From contig JAUYJY010000059.1 in assembly GCA_030699205.1 (NCBI GenBank), positions 1-15,515 of the forward strand: a stretch of 15,515 nucleotides of DNA, read 5' to 3'. The stretch comes from Candidatus Pacearchaeota archaeon. GTDB taxonomy: Archaea > Nanobdellota > Nanobdellia > Pacearchaeales > GW2011-AR1. Shown piece by piece: positions 14,376-15,515 of this stretch. The stretch's first letter is position 1; each line of letters opens with the position of its first letter. Under the pieces are notes generated by a model that saw only the letters and a program-made list of their open reading frames with translations, was not told the DNA's origin and did not search any database. A program made the translations under genes and the position numbers.

Positions 14376-14634
14376 ATTAGAAATACCTGAAAATTTGGAT
14401 AGGATTTTTCATAAATTATCTAAAAAAGATAAAAAGTCATTAGAAATAATAAACAATAAAATAAACGGCATTCTGGAAAATCCCTATCAATTTAAACCCC
14501 TGAGAAATAAAATGGCTGGAATAAGGAGAGTCCATGTCGGAAAAAGTTTTGTTCTTACTTACGAAATTTTAGAAGCCGAGAAGATTGTTAGACTTTTAGA
14601 TTACGACCATCATGATAAGATATTTAAAAAATAA
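14365..14634 (+). CDS. RelE/ParE-superfamily type II toxin (89 aa from ATG 14365; the track start at 14344 is a TTG)
   Basis: MDYELEIPENLDRIFHKLSKKDKKSLEIINNKINGILENPYQFKPLRNKMAGIRRVHVGKSFVLTYEILEAEKIVRLLDYDHHDKIF. This follows the RelE/ParE pattern (...P...KPL......RR.RVG.Y...Y.I......V.......H...IY) and the gene order is classic antitoxin-toxin. Confidence 0.75.
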   Translation: MDYELEIPENLDRIFHKLSKKDKKSLEIINNKINGILENPYQFKPLRNKMAGIRRVHVGKSFVLTYEILEAEKIVRLLDYDHHDKIFKK

Positions 14635-14707
14635 ACTTCTTTGGTTTCTTTAACTTCAAGTTAAACGCCCCCACGATTAATAAACATCAGATTTAAAGTA
14701 AACTTCT
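14630..14707 (+). repeat. Composite motif cluster between relE-like stop and the convergent GC-rich ORF
   Basis: Elements, in order:
- AATAAACTTCT at 14630-14640.
- 17-nt perfect palindrome TTTAACTTCAAGTTAAA at 14649-14665.
- AACGCCCC at 14664-14671.
- AATAAACATC at 14679-14688.
- TAAACTTCT again at 14699-14707.
The AACGCCCC + AATAAAC(T/A)TC arrangement also occurs on the minus strand at 6298-6276. Confidence 0.5.
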
Positions 14708-15347
14708 ATAAACCTTCGGTCTGCAATATTCCCTTCATCTCGAGCACACCCGCTCCGCGGGAAACGACTACTACCCGACCGTCCTCGTCCGAGTTAGCGA
14801 TATCCTCGTCGTACGAGCCGACCCTGAGACTCCTGTTCAGACACAACCCCGAAAGGTTTCTATCAGAAGTATGCCATGTGCGACTTCCTTTCTCCCTATC
14901 CAAATTAAGAGGAAATCCTTTTTCATCTGCCTTATCGAAGTTATATCCATTCCATTTAGGGCTAAGTCTATCATCTGCCTGAGCTTGGAAAGCTACAGTA
15001 GGAACGACACGCAAGCCATATCCTTTTTCATCTTCCATCCATGGATCCACTTTAAGTCCTGTAACTAATACTGGCGTCCTCAAATCGCCAACACGGTCTG
15101 CAAGTTCTCCAAAAATAGGAAGACTTCTTTCATAACCTCTGCCCGCTCCACGATAACCTCTGCCCGTTCCAAGTAAAACAAATGCAGGAGTATCAGTATA
15201 ATGACTATATTTAACTTGCCTAAAAACACGCGGGTCGCTTAAGTCTATAAGTTGTGCAACGCCAGCAGAAGGTGCAAGCATTTCATCAACTAACATTGAA
15301 AGAAAAGGTGTAGAACCTCTGAATTTTCCTCGATTAGATTCTATCAA
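14706..15347 (-). CDS. Orphan hypothetical protein (213 aa), compositionally foreign, with GxGRGY tandem duplication
   Basis: Long ORF in a region much more GC-rich than the rest (39 G/C in 14741-14800). It uses CGN Arg codons. The start is uncertain: TTG at 15347, and the first ATG is codon 18. No family recognised. Confidence 0.6.
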   Translation of the reverse strand: MIESNRGKFRGSTPFLSMLVDEMLAPSAGVAQLIDLSDPRVFRQVKYSHYTDTPAFVLLGTGRGYRGAGRGYERSLPIFGELADRVGDLRTPVLVTGLKVDPWMEDEKGYGLRVVPTVAFQAQADDRLSPKWNGYNFDKADEKGFPLNLDREKGSRTWHTSDRNLSGLCLNRSLRVGSYDEDIANSDEDGRVVVVSRGAGVLEMKGILQTEGL

Positions 15348-15362
15348 TCCAAAACTTTCATT

Positions 15363-15515
15363 TTATCCTATACCCCGATGCTCTGCATCGGTTGGGTAAA
15401 AGCTTAAGTAAAAGTTGAACAAGTCTTTTAGATGGATGTTGAACATGCTGGTCATTCTACTTACAGAATACGTTACCACATGGTTTTTGTAGTCAAGTAC
15501 CGAAAGCAAATGCTG
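15363..15515 (-). CDS. 3' end of an unidentified CDS entering from the right edge (...QHLLSVLDYKNHVVTYSVSRMTSMFNIHLKDLFNFYLSFYPTDAEHRGIG*)
   Basis: Hand translation of the minus strand. The frame is open from the window edge to a TAA at 15363-15365, in the same frame as the downstream 213-aa ORF. It contains the hairpin CCGATGC-AGA-GCATCGG near its end. Confidence 0.4.
   Translation of the reverse strand, partial: QHLLSVLDYKNHVVTYSVSRMTSMFNIHLKDLFNFYLSFYPTDAEHRGIG

Noticed and set aside
5279-14668. Integron-like interpretation. GTTCAAC (5280-5286), GTTGAAC (6219-6225) and GTTAAAC (14662-14668) resemble attC core sites RYYYAAC/GTTRRRY. GNAT and RelE-type genes are classic integron cassettes.
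   Set aside because: - There is no IntI-type integrase or attI in the window.
- None of the sites forms the 55-140 bp imperfect palindrome with paired R/L boxes expected of an attC.
- The complementary pair at 5280/6219 is ~940 bp apart with an ORF in between.
- The 14649-14665 palindrome has no spacer or L boxes.
- Heptamers of this degeneracy are frequent in AT-rich DNA.
15363-15365. Programmed stop-codon readthrough joining the edge ORF to the 213-aa ORF (same frame, single TAA).
   Set aside because: Two adjacent genes share a frame one time in three by chance. The only nearby hairpin (15374-15390) lies upstream rather than downstream of the stop, which is the wrong side for known readthrough stimulators. 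A pseudogene, two genes, or a sequencing error are all simpler.
1-15515. CRISPR arrays, rRNA genes, transposases or integrases.
   Set aside because: I found no run of regularly spaced direct repeats of 24-40 nt. The only tandem repeats are the 3 x 10-nt TATATAAT array and the 2 x 21-nt coding duplication. No rRNA-like conserved stretch was seen, and no ORF has DDE, tyrosine/serine recombinase or TnpB-like motifs.

Overview
This is an AT-rich archaeal chromosome segment. Spot counts give about 28% G+C in typical 60-mers.

Backbone: housekeeping genes that are archaeal signatures.
- gatD and gatE (tRNA-dependent Glu-tRNA(Gln) amidotransferase)
- archaeal/eukaryal-type proS
- nreA
- a UppS cis-prenyltransferase fused to an acylphosphatase domain
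- a DHH/DHHA1 phosphoesterase
- an APC permease
- tRNA-Arg(UCG)

Most genes have a TTTTAATAA / TTTATAAA-type TATA box centred about 26-28 nt upstream of the ATG, which suggests leaderless transcripts. A small-genome DPANN-like archaeon is an inference only.

Accessory material embedded in the backbone:
1. A ~3.5 kb island lies between gatE and gatD. It holds a PIN-domain nuclease directly followed by an ATP-dependent (KxDGxN) RNA ligase, a DUF1003 membrane protein, an orphan 237-aa ORF bracketed by a rearranged inverted pair of GC-rich repeats, and a start-less GNAT-like fragment.
2. A 24-nt duplication of the tRNA-Arg 3' end lies 70 bp downstream of the tRNA (att-like scar).
3. An RHH/RelE-family toxin-antitoxin pair sits behind a triple phased TATATAAT.
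4. At the right edge there is a compositionally foreign (locally up to ~65% G+C) 213-aa orphan ORF with an internal 21-nt tandem duplication.

A GC-rich octamer, AACGCCCC, recurs three times at the 3' flanks of accessory genes. No CRISPR array, rRNA, transposase or integrase is recognisable.

The best candidate for an undescribed system is the PIN + RNA-ligase pair (an RNA cut-and-reseal module). The repeat-bracketed orphan ORF is second.
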